Position numbers and translations under genes: made by a program. This document shows, in pieces, positions 11,602 through 24,859 of a DNA stretch of 64,000 nt (position 1 is its first letter; each line of letters opens with the position of its first letter). The DNA lies in assembly GCA_973895155.1 (NCBI GenBank), contig OZ316893.1, positions 9,363,839 through 9,427,838 of the forward strand. Reading direction: 5' to 3'. The DNA comes from Marsupella aquatica (taxonomy: Eukaryota > Plantae > Marchantiophyta). Under the pieces are notes generated by a model. That model was not told the DNA's origin, made no database searches, and saw only the letters and a list, made by a program, of their open reading frames with translations.

Positions 11602-14600
11602 TTAATATCGAGTGCGTTTTCTCCTATTTCCCAAATCCTCTTGGTCTTCCTGATCAGTTTCAAGGACCCAAGTTCAGCATAAACTCATGACAATTCTTGG
11701 GTTAAATACGCCTGACCTTCGATAAGATTCTTGGTTTAAAGTAAAACTGAATAGGAGAGAAATCACTGTTTGACATCTGCTCGAGAGATTTGAAATCGAA
11801 TCTAATAAATGAGCGGACCAACACAGAGGAGGACATTTATTAAGCAGATACATCTGTTGAAACATTCAGCTAAATTTTCTAGAACATCAAGAGTCCACCA
11901 TTCATTCATTTAAATAACTTCATCCTTTGGTTTGATGGCTACCCGATGAAGCATTTGGAAAGAACACCACATCATGTTCAGGCCTTTCCCGGTGACATCC
12001 ATTTGGAGGTTATAGCATACCTTGGTTTCAGAAATATCAAAATTGTCGGTGAGCAAAGGCATGATGTTATCCTCTCCCATTCCGTCGACCTCCATTCTCA
12101 CACTATCTGCAGCCTGCAGTTCCGGCTGTACCTGGTGGCAAGGAAAACACGTGGTAGTGAGATTGCAGTCATACTCAAAGGGAACAGATCTCTCCATGCG
12201 GCGAATTTCAAGCCCAGTTTGCTCATCTCAGCATTCATGAGTTCCCGATACACGGACTGTATGCTACTATGTGAAGAGTTGGGAGAAAATCTGAGAGGTG
12301 GTCGGTAAACGTTCAACAATTGTCACAGATGGTATCAATTCTTGAAGTAACTGAATGTCTGTACACTGTAAAATTATGTGCTGAGGAGAGAATATCAACA
12401 AACGTGCAAAATATGGAATTTACCTCATCATCATCATCAACAGAATCAACTGCTGCAGTCTCATCCGATTCTGTTTTACATTTCATATGCACAATTGGGC
12501 CTAGTGCTGCACTATCCAAGCCTTCAGTACTCGTTCCTTGGGGAATATTTAAATAAACTGCCCCTTTGTACATCCACTCATCAGTCTCATCACTATAGAA
12601 ATCTTCAAACAGCTCTCCACAAAGGGCACACGCACTTTGGTTCTCATCTGCTGGTACAGCTACAAGCTCCGTATTCTCTTCCTGTATACCAGGCTCCTCC
12701 GCAAAGAAAGAGGGAGCGAATTCAGATGCTGCTGCAGATGTACCACTAAGCCATTCTTTGGCACTTACAAACCATTTTCGGGATACTTTCTTCTGAGACT
12801 TCTGTCTCCGGTTTCTGGATACATGCCAGTCCATATGCTTGCTATGCTCATCCTGGACTTTGAATCTTAGTCCACATGTCTTGCACTGTCTAGGAAAGTC
12901 AGAATAAAGAGCTTCCAACACATATTCATGACGTTCACGTAGAAGCTCCTGCTTGAACTCAACGCCAAGTAACTCTTTCTTGGGTTTGAGTGAGCTATGG
13001 GGCACATCCTGGATTGCCGGTCCAGAAGGAGATGCAGTGATCGCAATTGCAAGAGTGGCCGAGACGGTGGTAGAAGGCATACTGATAGATGTGGAGGGGA
13101 GGGGACCAGCAGGTACAAAGCTGGCATTTGGGGTAGGTTGTGCTGCTCCTACAAGACCTGATGGATTACCAGCAGTAGGAGCAGGTTTGTTTTGACCTGT
13201 TGTACCTATCATACCCTGTGCTACCAAATTGGAGAGTAGAGAGGAAATGGATGGGGAAAAACCACCACCATCAGCTACTGATGTTGTGGTAGAAGCAGAA
13301 CCCACAATCGTAGATGCAGGGGGCGGTCCTGGTGGAAGGGGAGGTTGAGGAAATCTCTGAGGTTGTCCACCAAACGTGGTCATTTGGTTGACAGTAGTTG
13401 CTACTACAGAAACCTGTGACTGCTGGGATTGCGATGTCTGAACTTGTGCAAACTGCTGCAGTGACTGCCCAATTACACCTGAGATAGGTGGTTGTGGTTG
13501 TGGTTGTGGTTGTGGTTGAGCCAAGGGTTGTGATTGTTGGGATTGTTGTGATTTCTGAGCTTGTGCAAGCTGCTGCAAAGACTGCACAAGTTGCATCGAG
13601 ATATGGGGTATGACTGGTGCCGTTATTTGAACAGGTTGCCATTGTTGAGTCTGAGGTTGGTTCAATTGTGGAAGTGTTTGTTGTCCTGGAATTTGCTGTG
13701 CTTGATGAAGACCTGGCAGCTGCTGCGCCTGCTGAAGTCCTGATCCTTGGGATGCTGACTGAAGAGTTGGGCCCTGCTGTGCTGACAGATGCTGTAGTGT
13801 CTGCTGGAGTGACTGTTGCCCGATTTGTAGCAATGGCGGCACTACCTGTGATGAAGGTCCCTGCTGCAGAGCTATGCCTTGAGGAGCTTGTGGGGGAGGC
13901 TGTGAAGACTGTAGTTGGGCAGAGAAATGCATCGGATGTCTACCCTGTAGGTGGCTCGATTGCTCATGTTGCAGTTGATGGTGTAGCTGCTGATTTTGAG
14001 GCTGAGCGGAAACAAGAGGAGGAACCTGCTGACTACCTGATTGCTGCGAGAGTCGGGTTGGGGATGGTGGGTGTCTATGAGACTGCTGTCGCTGCTGGAA
14101 TGACAAACCAGATGACGGCGTGACTTGAGAAAGATTGTTGTAAGTGGGTGATCCTCCGCCAAAATTTCCAACATTTGGGCGGGAAGGTTGTCGTGATTCA
14201 AAATGGCCACTATGGAGAGAAGGTCCCACGCCATTGCTAGGTGTAGGCGGTGTTCCGGCACGGGGGAGGAGGCTTTGCGAGGACCTTGCGGTTGGGGAGA
14301 TATTGCTTGATACAGATAGCAGAGACGGTCCAGGGCGAGTCCTTGCCGGAGGGCTAAGGTTGCGTAGACTATTCCCCTGGGATGGCCATCCAGCATTGGG
14401 GCGGGGACCAGACAGCGGCCCTCGCGCAGCCCCAGGAGCCTGATCCATCGGGGGAATTCCGGATTCACGGCCAACTGCTGACTCCATGCTCCTCCGTTCC
14501 TCGTATTCCTGCACATTCCATAAGAGTATTAAGGAGTATTAGAAATGAATTCAATTAGTTCCTCGCCATGAAAATAAGGCTGCTCGAACCAACGGAATAA

Positions 14601-17600
14601 GGCTGCTCGAACCAAGGGAGGATCTATTCGACACCCGTCTGTAAGGTGGTATCTAGACGAGCTTGCCAAACATTTTGAAAACTACACCAACTCACTCCGG
14701 TGGACTGCAAAGCTTCTTTGACGGCTTACGCCCTGAGGATACACAAAACCATAGATGCTTCCAGAAACTCTTCAGTTTGAATACACGAAGACTGCCAAAA
14801 TTGAAATTGTCACTAATGGAGCTCGTGGACACTTGTTCAACCTTCCACAAAAACATCTGTGTAACAGGTATAAGTGCTAGGAAATTAAGGGTGTCGAGGG
14901 CTAACCTTGAGAGAACGGCGGTCACTACCAGGATGACCCTGCTCCATCGGAGCTCCTGGTCCATTCCTTCGCCAGTTACTATGATCAACAAAACCTGCGT
15001 CTTGGCTAATTCTTGTAAGTCGTCCTGTCTCACCCACAGGAATGTTCCTACCAGATTCTTTGGGATACCAATCTTCCTTCGCGAGTCGATCACCTGTCAT
15101 TGGTTCATCCCGGGCTGGTGGTGATGGTCCTACTCTTGGACTCATGTCTTCCCAGACGTACTCTTCCTCTTCAGCTTTTAGCCAGTTATCACGAACCCCT
15201 CGTCCCCTTCCCTCCATACTGTCACTGGAAGCTTGGCCAGGGCGAAATGACCCTCCTCTACCCGGTCCTGGTCCCCTGTTATATCCATAACTATCCATAT
15301 CTGTACTTCTCGGAGACTGTCTCCAATCATAACCATTTCTTTGTCCATATCTAGCACCGGAGCCCCTAGCTTGATCGTGCCCAAATCCCTCACCCTCTGC
15401 GTCCCGGAAATATCCAGCTTCCCACCCTTCTCTCTCTGTCATTCTACCAGAACCAGATCTCCGGCCATTAGTGGGACCATTCCTAGGCCCATAATCATCG
15501 TACTCTCCTTCAAATGATGCATCTCCACTAAAACCCGGATCTGTATAGTCCTCTCTCTTCCTGCGTGACGGTACCTGCAAAAATGTAGGCGATAGAATGT
15601 ATCATGTTATTAGCACAGAATCCTGACTGTCCACGAGCGCCTCAAGATGCACGGTTATTTACTGGTCAACACACATCTAGCCACGTCTCCTCAAGAGCCA
15701 ACATCACTATGGTCACAAATTAACTACCAAATCGATCATCTTCACTCGTCATGCTTATCCATCGTTGTAATTTAACTTTTCTCGGCAACATACTCTATCT
15801 TGATGAGGGTAACAAAAGGACATGAACTGTACAGTGCGCAATCAGATATCCTCTCAATGGGCTAAGAATTGCGAGGAACGACAACATACAGGAGGTCTCT
15901 TTAGCTGGGTATCCGACCATCCTTTGGAATTCTCCCTAATATTAGAACCCTCTGTGACCCGTGCTGCAGCAGTTCCGTTACTTTCTGGTGGGGCACGTTC
16001 AGCCTGGAGTAATACATTAAAGACAATGTCACATAACCCTCAGGTTGAAAGTATCATGATTACAACGTACTACTTAGCAATTCGCTGGCTTCATTGCCAC
16101 CCTCAGGAATCCAGATTCTCACTAATCAATATTCCAGGTGAGCTCGGAATGTCAATACGGGATAAATCCTACTAACATAACATCACCCCCAGTTTTGTGG
16201 TTAGTCAGCACTCAAGGTAGCAAAACTGCTTTGTGGAGAAATTAACTGCAATGGGAGACTGAAGCACAAACCTGACCACTTTGCTGTAGCCGCTGCCGTT
16301 GAGCTTCCAAATATTTTGGATTCACGTGGATGCCATGACCAGGTCGAGGCATCGAGGACTCATGACCAGGTTGTGGTAATGGATTTTCAGCAGGCCGAGC
16401 TGGTGGGGTACCTCCTGATGGACCATTTGGAGCAGCTGATGATATCTGGAGCTCACTCTCTATCACCCGAAGTGGTCCTGGTGGAAAAACACCTCGCCAG
16501 GTCCTGAATAAATGTTCCATGGCGGGGTTGGTGCTGGGATCAACTTGCCTATATGCATGGCAAAAAACCTGCTTTCATACAGAGGCAAAGTCATGAGATG
16601 TCTGAACCTTCAGAGGAACATCACCAGGGTTAAACAAAACGCCAAAGAATGAGAAGCATCACTTGACACTACAAAATTTGTGACCTCATTCCAGAAACCC
16701 ACTGCGTTCCAATGAGAGAAGACATCTACCTCTGGCAGCCTGGCTGCAAAATACTTTATGTAGTCTCCACCAATATTCTTTACAATGCTGTCCAACAAAT
16801 ATAGTGAGGGCAGTTTTTGCTCCTTGGGCACCTGAAAGACGAACAGATCGCATTTGATTACCTACTGGAAGTAAATTCATAGCCATCTTTGCAAAAACAA
16901 AAGTAAAAATATATTTGACACCAAAAAAATGTGAATATTCCACATCAATACAGTCCTCTGACATTAAAAGTTTCGCGGACACAAAACCTCTGGTGTCACA
17001 GTTGTTGCTAGGTCCAATTTCGTGCAAAGGGAAGAAAAAATCTTTCATTCTCGGCTTCTTCGTTATTTTGGCTTTACATACAGACTTGGATCCAGACGGA
17101 TCAAGTTAGAGCTTCTTTTTTTTAATTCCATCTGTTGAAAGCGGTGTTGCATTGAGCTAAAAAAAAAAGGCTTTAAATAAGCACACTAACGACATTCTAT
17201 TCGGTGATGACATCAATGCACGATCGGAAACTGTAAAAAGTCAGGAGACGCCCTAAACCTCAGCCTTTCAACGTTTGATCTCATCAGCAGCAGTAAAATT
17301 AGGTCGACTAAAAGTCGAACGACGGGTGTCTATAAATTTGTCTCAATTATAGATTTTGGCTCATCAAGGTGAAGCTCCTATAGGAAATGGGAAGATCTGA
17401 AACCGTCCAAGTACTGTATGGCTACCAAAATCTACTTTTCCAAATCTTTGCAATCAAACCTATCGGAAAATACATCAGACCAACACACGCAGATCAGCTT
17501 CGCCAAGCGTACAATCACTATGTTCAATCGGATTTCCGTCACTCCCACCATGGACTTCTCGCTTTGTCTATCAGTGTGGTAACGTAAGCACTTGGCAAAA

Positions 17601-18832
17601 GATTTTCTTGACATCGAATTGTGTCTACACTCGAGTGTTTAAATAGTGGTGTCCTCGTGCAGTGCGAAGCGATGAATTGGCAAAGCAAACCCTGGGAAGA
17701 AATAGTCTGCCAGAGACAAGCCTATGAGATATGGGCAGAGTTCCGCGTACATTTGCGGATATGAAGCAGAGGGACTGAATGGAGCCCAATCTACAACAAG
17801 TAAACTTGAAGCAATATGAATCTTCTAAGGGAATGCACCGAAACTGAACAGTGCAACTATCGGGAAGAACACGCAAATCCCGTACCCAAACCATTATGAT
17901 CTGCTGGAGACCACGACCAATGACCATGACCAAGACCAAGACAATGCTTCAAGAACATACACTCGAAAACAAGAAAAGAAGACGGAGCTCATGTCGAAAA
18001 TCTTTCAAAGAATCCTTTAGGTCAAGAGCGCATGGAAAATGAATACCAAAGGCACAGTTGCCAGTGAAAAGGTATATGACTTTCCAGTGAACATCAACAA
18101 ACACAACGATCGGGTAGACGGTGTCGGACTGTCTTAGAGCGAGATATTCCTGCAAGCCGAGAAATGCGCGTAAGAGACGACACCGACCTCCATGATATGG
18201 TTACAGACGGTAGAAGAAATGCCCTTGGCAGCATGCGAGTTCTCTCCAGCAATGATCGTAAGATTGGTGATGATTAGTTTGGAGTTGAATGTGAGTTCCG
18301 CCAATGCCGACTTGTACGAAGAAACCAGCTCCCTCATTGATTCTTCCCTTTCTATGTCGACATCGACGACCCTTTCACTAGCAACGACAGCTCTCTCGGG
18401 CTCTCGTATCCTCTCCGGTGTCCTCTCCTCCTCCCTATCCCTATTTTCAAGACCACCCCTTAATCTCTCCATTGGCGCCCCTCCTCCTCTCCCTACTGCA
18501 TGAGGCACATCCCTGTGGACATCTCTTTCCATTATTCTGCCCTCCCGTTCAGGCATTCGTCCTGCCAGTGGAACGCTAGCCTTTGGTGGCGGTGGCTCCC
18601 TGTCTATTAATCTAGGTCTGTCCATCATCACTGGCCTTTCTGGCAATCTCTCTCTCTCCAGTATCCCTCTCTCCGAGATCAAGGTCCTGTCTACTGCCCT
18701 ATCCCTGGGGTCCGAAGCTCCTCTGTTTCGCTCAACGTCATCCCGCGCTACTCCTCTATTTTTCATCGCCAGCTCTCGCAGCCTATCGGTGCTTCTCTGC
18801 TGCTGCCTCTCCCGCTCCACCGAGATATCCAT
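11602..18832 (-). CDS. PCF11: PCF11/PCFS4-like pre-mRNA cleavage and polyadenylation factor, 8 exons, about 1356 aa
   Basis: Exons 18832-18188, 16831-16730, 16568-16272, 16003-15890, 15574-14906, 14508-12424, 12131-12021, 11649-11602, all GT-AG and in frame. CID domain ([23 protein letters not shown]; [14 protein letters not shown]), [22 protein letters not shown], zinc fingers [13 protein letters not shown] and [32 protein letters not shown]; last exon ends RRKRTRY* (least certain exon). Confidence 0.93.
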
Positions 18833-20124
18833 GTTGTCGCTCTAAAGGTTTCACCTCTCCTCTCGACCAGAGTAGGAATGCACGTGGCCAACGGAGCAGA
18901 CGGACTCCTCAAACTTCATTGACATTCCGACAATCCATGGTAGAATGCCCGCAGAATCTTATCTCCATCTCATCCCCACTCCGCACTAATCTCCTCATCC
19001 ACCTCCATGATTCCGCAAGCATCCGTCACGCCCCCCTCTTTCCTTCGTTTAGCCTAAATATTATAAACCCTCTACTGTACCTCCTTTTTATGTCCTCGGT
19101 CAATAAAAACTCCTCTGCTGCAAACCCTTCAGCCCTAAATCCACCTGCACGAACCGCATCTGCTCTGCTCGTCCCTTGTTTTCTCTTCGTCCGTCCACCA
19201 CTCGAGGATGAACTCCTACCTCTCCCTCCTCTATCTGCTACTTCCACCAACAACGAATAGAGAACAAGAAGATGCCCTCCAAGAGAGAGCAAAATCCTCC
19301 GGTTCTTCCCACCAGAACTAAAATCCGACTACACTGTGAGTCGTCCTCTCCGGAAAGAATCCAAAATCAGTCCGAGCGCTGCCAGCATGCTGTCATCTTC
19401 CGCCCGACTGCCTGCTGGATGAAAAACCGGAGTAAAAAACACATAGCACCGTTCTGGCACAACTCACACTACAGTAGAAGAAATTGCTCACCACGCAAGG
19501 TACTATTCTTGTAGTTCCCTTGCCTGCCTTTCAGCAAGCAGCGAGCAGCATGAAGAAACGGGAGCCAAAAACACAGTGCACCTTTTGCGACGACTTACAC
19601 TACCGAAACAGACGAAAATCGCGATTCTTCTCGTTCGTTTGCCCGCCTGTCTGCAAGCGGCAGCATGCATTCATTCACTCCTCCATTCCTCCATTCCTTC
19701 TCCCATTCACTCCACAGCTGCTGCTGTTCTAAACTCCGTAACGAACCAGCGCCCTGCGTTTTTTCACCAACGCATCGCTTCTACACCTCCCACTCCCACT
19801 CCCACTCCCACGCTGTCCTCCATCGCCTTCGTCTTCTTCCCCCGGCCCTAAAACATTTGCACGAGAGACACTATGAGGCGCATATACATTCACTACGGAT
19901 CCTCCGAAGAAGAAGAGAGACAGAATGGTGTGGAGAGTTCTTCGACGGGAAGCGAAGGCGATTGAAGGGCGGGTGAGTACCGATAAACGTGCAAGCTTGC
20001 CGGGGAAGGTACCTGAGTGCCGGGTTGGAATTTCGCGTGGCAAATGTCACCATATGTAACACAAGATGGCGAAGACGCTCGGAATATTCTTTATCTCATT
20101 TTCCTATTTTCCTTCTTTCGGGCT

Positions 20125-20570
20125 GAAGGGGTCTATGGCTAGGTGGGAACTGGCTAATAGATGGAAGATAGATTCTGGCTAATGGTGTCTATTGCTAGGT
20201 GTGAAACTGTGTAAGATATAATATGGAGAAGAAGAAGCTCGGAATACTCTTTATCTAAATTTCATATTTTAGGGCCAAAGAGGTCTATCGCTAGGGGAGA
20301 ACTGGCTAATGGATGGAATTTAGACTCTGGCTAATGGTGTCTATTGCTAGGTGTGAAACGGACATAGGTTCTGGCTAATTGGGTGTCTATGGTGGGGCGG
20401 AACTGGTTGATGGATGGAAGATAGATTTAGGCTAAGGATGGCTATTACATTCTAGCTAGTGGGGTCTGTTGCTAGGTGGGCAAGTGACGTAGAGTATGGC
20501 CAACAGGGTCTATGGCTAGGTGGGAAACTTGCTAAAGGGGTCTATGGATAGGTGGGAAACTGGCTCATGG
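20125..20570. repeat. Degenerate short-unit repeat upstream of PCF11
   Basis: Multiple copies of g(g)tctat(g/t)gctaggtggg(a)aactggctaa. Confidence 0.65.
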
Positions 20571-21259
20571 AAGACAAAAAAATAACTAAACTATGCTAAA
20601 AGTGTGAAGATTTTGAACATAGGTGGAATCTAGCAAAGATTTTGCCACTAAGAAAACATGGGTCCCGGATACACCCAACTTGAGAGCACAGGAGAACTAT
20701 TTGCTTCCAAGCTTTTTACTGGAATGCCTTTGGAAAGATGTGAAAAATCAGCAAAGGAGAGTAACCCCTTTTTTTCAAACAGGAAGAATATATTGTCCTT
20801 GCTTCCTTATATGCTTTAGGGTAGAGTGGAAACTGAGAGTAAACTAACTCATATTTACAAGCCCGCATGGGAAGTTCTTTCCAAAATTCCTGACAGCATG
20901 CCTGGCCACATCATCACATTTGATCATATGGTCATAAACACAAACAATGATATTCTAGACAAGAAACAAACACAATTGTACATGTTTGATGCAAGAAGGA
21001 AAAACAGCTTGATCAGGTAAATGTAAAGAGATCAAAAACATTGGAAAGCAAATTTTGAAACAAGGGGGTAAAACAAAGTAATCAATTTAGTGTCTCGTTA
21101 ATGATACATGAGTGTTATACATCATCATGCTTGTATATATTGTTTACTTCTTTGCAAGTTTTTAAGAAGACAACCAATACAAATGTAAATAGTTAGAACC
21201 CCTTGGATGCCATAATATAAAACAAAGTGATTTGTCTCCTTAATAAATACTTCATCACC

Positions 21260-21880
21260 TCTTAGTATTTGAATACATCTGCCAATAGGTTCAATAGAAA
21301 GCTAGAGAAATTCAAAAGCTAAAAATCTCCTTAGTACTTGAAAAAATCTCTCAAATGTCACACTCATTGGAAAGCTAGATAAAATTTTTAACTCATGATC
21401 TGCTCACTAGTTGACAAAATTTATCAATGATAGGTTTATGGAAAGCTAGAGAATTTATAAAACTCATGATTTGTATAGTATATTTTTGATGAAATCTCTC
21501 ATTGTCATGCATTGGAAAACTAGAGAAATTTAGAACTCATGATCTCCTTAGTACTTGACAAAATCTGAGTGACCTAATATTTGTCAATGTCAAGCTCGTT
21601 GGAAAATTAGAAACTCATGATCTCCATAGTTCTTGACTAAATCTCAATTTTAAACTCATTCATTGGAAAACTAGAGTTCATATACTCATGATCTCTAGAG
21701 TACTGTCTTGACAAAATCTCTCAATGTCACACATTGGAAAACTAGAGAAATTCAAAAACTCATGATCTGTTTAGGCTTGATCAAAATTCATCGATGTGAG
21801 GCTCACTAGAAACCTCTAGAAATTGACACTTGTGATGTCCTTAGTAGTGGACAAGATCTGTCAATGTCACATTCACTGGT
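21260..21880 (+). repeat. About 70-bp degenerate tandem array (left arm)
   Basis: ggaaa(g/a)ctagagaaatt..aactcatgatctc.ttagtacttgacaaaatct..caatgtca repeated about 8 times. Confidence 0.8.
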
Positions 21881-22999
21881 GACAAATGGCTACCGGAGAC
21901 CCTAGATTTTAGAGTACGTAGAATTTTCTTGGGAGGCCATCACAAGGCATGGGGTTGGCCATTCCCAAGGTTGCGCAATGGGCATTAAAGGGAGGTGGCC
22001 ACTATAAAGGAGGCTGCCATTAGAAAAGGGGAATGACCATCATGGAAAATGAGATGGCCATTGTAGAAGGAGGAGGTGGCAGGTGCAAAAGAGAAAGGAA
22101 GGAGTAACCAATGGAGATGGTCATTGCAAAAGAAGAAGAAAAAGGAATGGCCATTGCAATTGGAGAAAGGGAATGGCCCTTCACAAGAATAAGAAAGGGG
22201 TGGCCATTGCATAAGGATGAAGGGAGATGGTCACCAAATTAAAGGAAGGATCGGTCGTTGGATGCTATCCATATGGACATTGATTTTTCAACCATCTCAA
22301 AATCACCAGTTTAAGGTGCTATGAATTCCCTAAGGCGGGTGAGGCCATATGGATGGAGTGTCGAGTTGCAATGGCCAAATTGAAGGAGAAACTTGCATGA
22401 CCATATCTTGGGCGTTTGGGGTCCATTTGGGAGCCATTTTAGGTTCATGATCAGGGAGGAGGAGGCAATTAAAAAAAATTCAGAAGTGAATTCTAAATGA
22501 TGTTTCATTTTGACAATTTGTGGGGCTCTTTTGTGTTATGGCAAATCGGTGATGGCCAGGAAGATGTCGTGTTGGAGTGCATTGATATACCAATTGTGTT
22601 GTAGTTGTAAACCTATTTGGTGATTCAAGGGTTTCACTTCCACACAAATGGTACATCACGTGCGACGAAGGATAGGATTGTTTTATTGGTTCTAAGGGAA
22701 AACTTAAGAATGTTTGTAGAAGAACAATGGGGTATTTTAAATTCAATTTTGATATTTATAAGAACATTAGGGTCCTTCCTTTCTATTTTGCACCTGCCAC
22801 CTCCTCCTTCTTAGTAAGGGGTTATTTTCTTACAGTTTAGGGGTCCAAGGCATAAAAACATCGTAGGTGATGGGAAGGTCTCCATGTAGTGAGACCCCCG
22901 AGTTTGGTGAATACACTTGCTATCCTATCAAATACCTACTTGCATATAGAAATAGAAATACATTTGCTATCCTGTCAAATACCTATTTGCATATAGAAT

Positions 23000-23466
23000 T
23001 TTGTGAACCCCCATGTTCATGTGTGTGATGAAGTGAAATCAATTTTCAGAAAGGCGATAATCGACGGTTTTCAGTCTCCCGATGATATTGGTGTGTGCTC
23101 GTACAAAAGAAAACGCTCAAAAGATAGAGGAGATCTATCAAACAGAAGGTTGAATGTGAAGGAATTGAGTTTTTTTATGGTTTTTGCTTACACATTGGAG
23201 AAATCATGTTTCTACCATTCTTGATTGATCGTTCTGAGTTACATTGAACATTAGTGCCACAAGACAGATTGGAGGACAACACTCAACTGTTGACAAAATA
23301 GCGCTTGTCGATTTGGTGGGAAGACCACACAACAAACGAGCCATCACTTCACCCGAAGGATTTGTAGTTTTTTTATTTAAGAAAAGCTATGGTGTGAGGG
23401 GGAGACCAACAATTGTTTCTTTGACATAGAGGCTACATTTGGCGTCAACCTGTGTTCAGAGTGAGC
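23000..23466 (+). repeat. About 480-bp repeat, inverted copy at 29718-30320
   Basis: cacattggagaaatcatgtttctaccattcttgattgatcgttctgagttacattga is exactly inverted at about 30037-30092. Confidence 0.85.
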
Positions 23467-23609
23467 TTCAGTTGAAGACTAGAGGGATGCAAACAATTCA
23501 AGTCGGGAAGCAAGCATTGTGGACAAGCGATGGCGACGTAATCAAAGAAATCAATTTGCAGCGGCTAAGTTTGTGATGGTGACAAGATTGTGACATCTCT
23601 TAATCGAGA

Positions 23610-24088
23610 AAAGGTTTCCAATGAGCCTCAGATTGAAATTTTTTGTCAAGTTCCAAATGAGTTTTGAATTTCTTTATCTTTCCAATGAGTGTGAGTATAA
23701 GAAATTTTGATCATGAGTTCATGAATTCTTTTAGCTTTCTGACATTGACAAATTTCATGTCAGATTTTGTCACAGTACTAAAGATATCATGAGGTTTTCA
23801 ATCTCTTTAGCTTTCTAATGTGTGTCATTGAGATTATTTGTCAAGAATTAGAGAGATCATGAGTATCTTAATTTCTCTAGTTTTCCAATGAACTTAACAT
23901 TGATAGATTTTGTCAAGTACTAAGGAGATGATGAGTTTTTAATTATCGGGAACTTCAGAGCACGTCTCAAAGGCCGGGACTCTCCCCCTGTCATCGGGCG
24001 ACCGGGGAGCTTCGAGCATGTGATTTTGCCCCAATGGTTTTTACTCTAGCTTTCCAATGAGTGTGACATTGAGAGATTTTATCAAGAC
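23610..24088 (-). repeat. Inverted copy of the 70-bp array (right arm)
   Basis: ctagctttccaatgagtgtgacattgagagatttt.tcaag and agatcatgagt are reverse complements of the left-arm unit. Confidence 0.78.
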
Positions 24089-24091
24089 AAT

Positions 24092-24681
24092 TGTCGTGCG
24101 CATACATATCGCTACACAACATACATCGTTTGTCACACACATCCAAACATATCCACAATGCAGCATCACAAACACAAGAGAGTGGAACTCATGTCCACAC
24201 ATGTCCAAAACCCACAATTAATCTCAATAGAATCCGAACAATGATCGACGCCAACAATACACACTCAATCTCGTCCGATTCGATCACACACATATGTCGA
24301 GCCAACGCACCTTGCACTCAAGGAATCCACGCTACATAGATAGAGCTCTCAGGCACCATAGCCACCACACAAGCTCCCCTCTCCAAGGCTCAACATTGAA
24401 ATATAACCTTTCAATGCCTCACAAGAGAGAACTACCCTCTCACACAAACCTAATGGAACCCTATCGGCTCCAATAGCACACATACAAAACGTATATACTC
24501 AACTAGCACTATATACTATAACAACATCTAGAATGGTGTGACAGCTGTTGTGCGCATACACATCGCTACACAACATACATCGCTTGTCACACACATCCAA
24601 ACATATCCACAATGCAGCATCACAAACACAAGAGAATGGAATACAAGTGGAACTCATGTCCACACATATCCAAAACTCACA
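24092..24681 (-). repeat. 3' LTR region of the gypsy element: two adjacent TG..CA blocks (24092-24543, 24546-24681) sharing about 125 bp
   Basis: tgtcgtgcgcatacatatcgctacacaac and tgttgtgcgcatacacatcgctacacaac; polypurine tract (plus-strand cgcccccct) adjoins at about 24684. Confidence 0.65.
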
Positions 24682-24859
24682 ATCGCCCCCCTAGCTGGGA
24701 GTAAGGTCCCCTAACTCTAGCTAGCCATGAGTTCTACAAGGCTGATATACACATTTTTAAGTATGAAGATCAGGAGGCCGGGTGCAAGTGAGCCCCATTG
24801 ATCACCTTCCTGCAATCCATATCGGCCAAGAGAACACAAATGATAACTAGTTGGCTTCA

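Noticed and set aside
12320-15354. Plus-strand and alternate-frame ORFs over PCF11 exons
   Set aside because: Shadow ORFs of a long coding region
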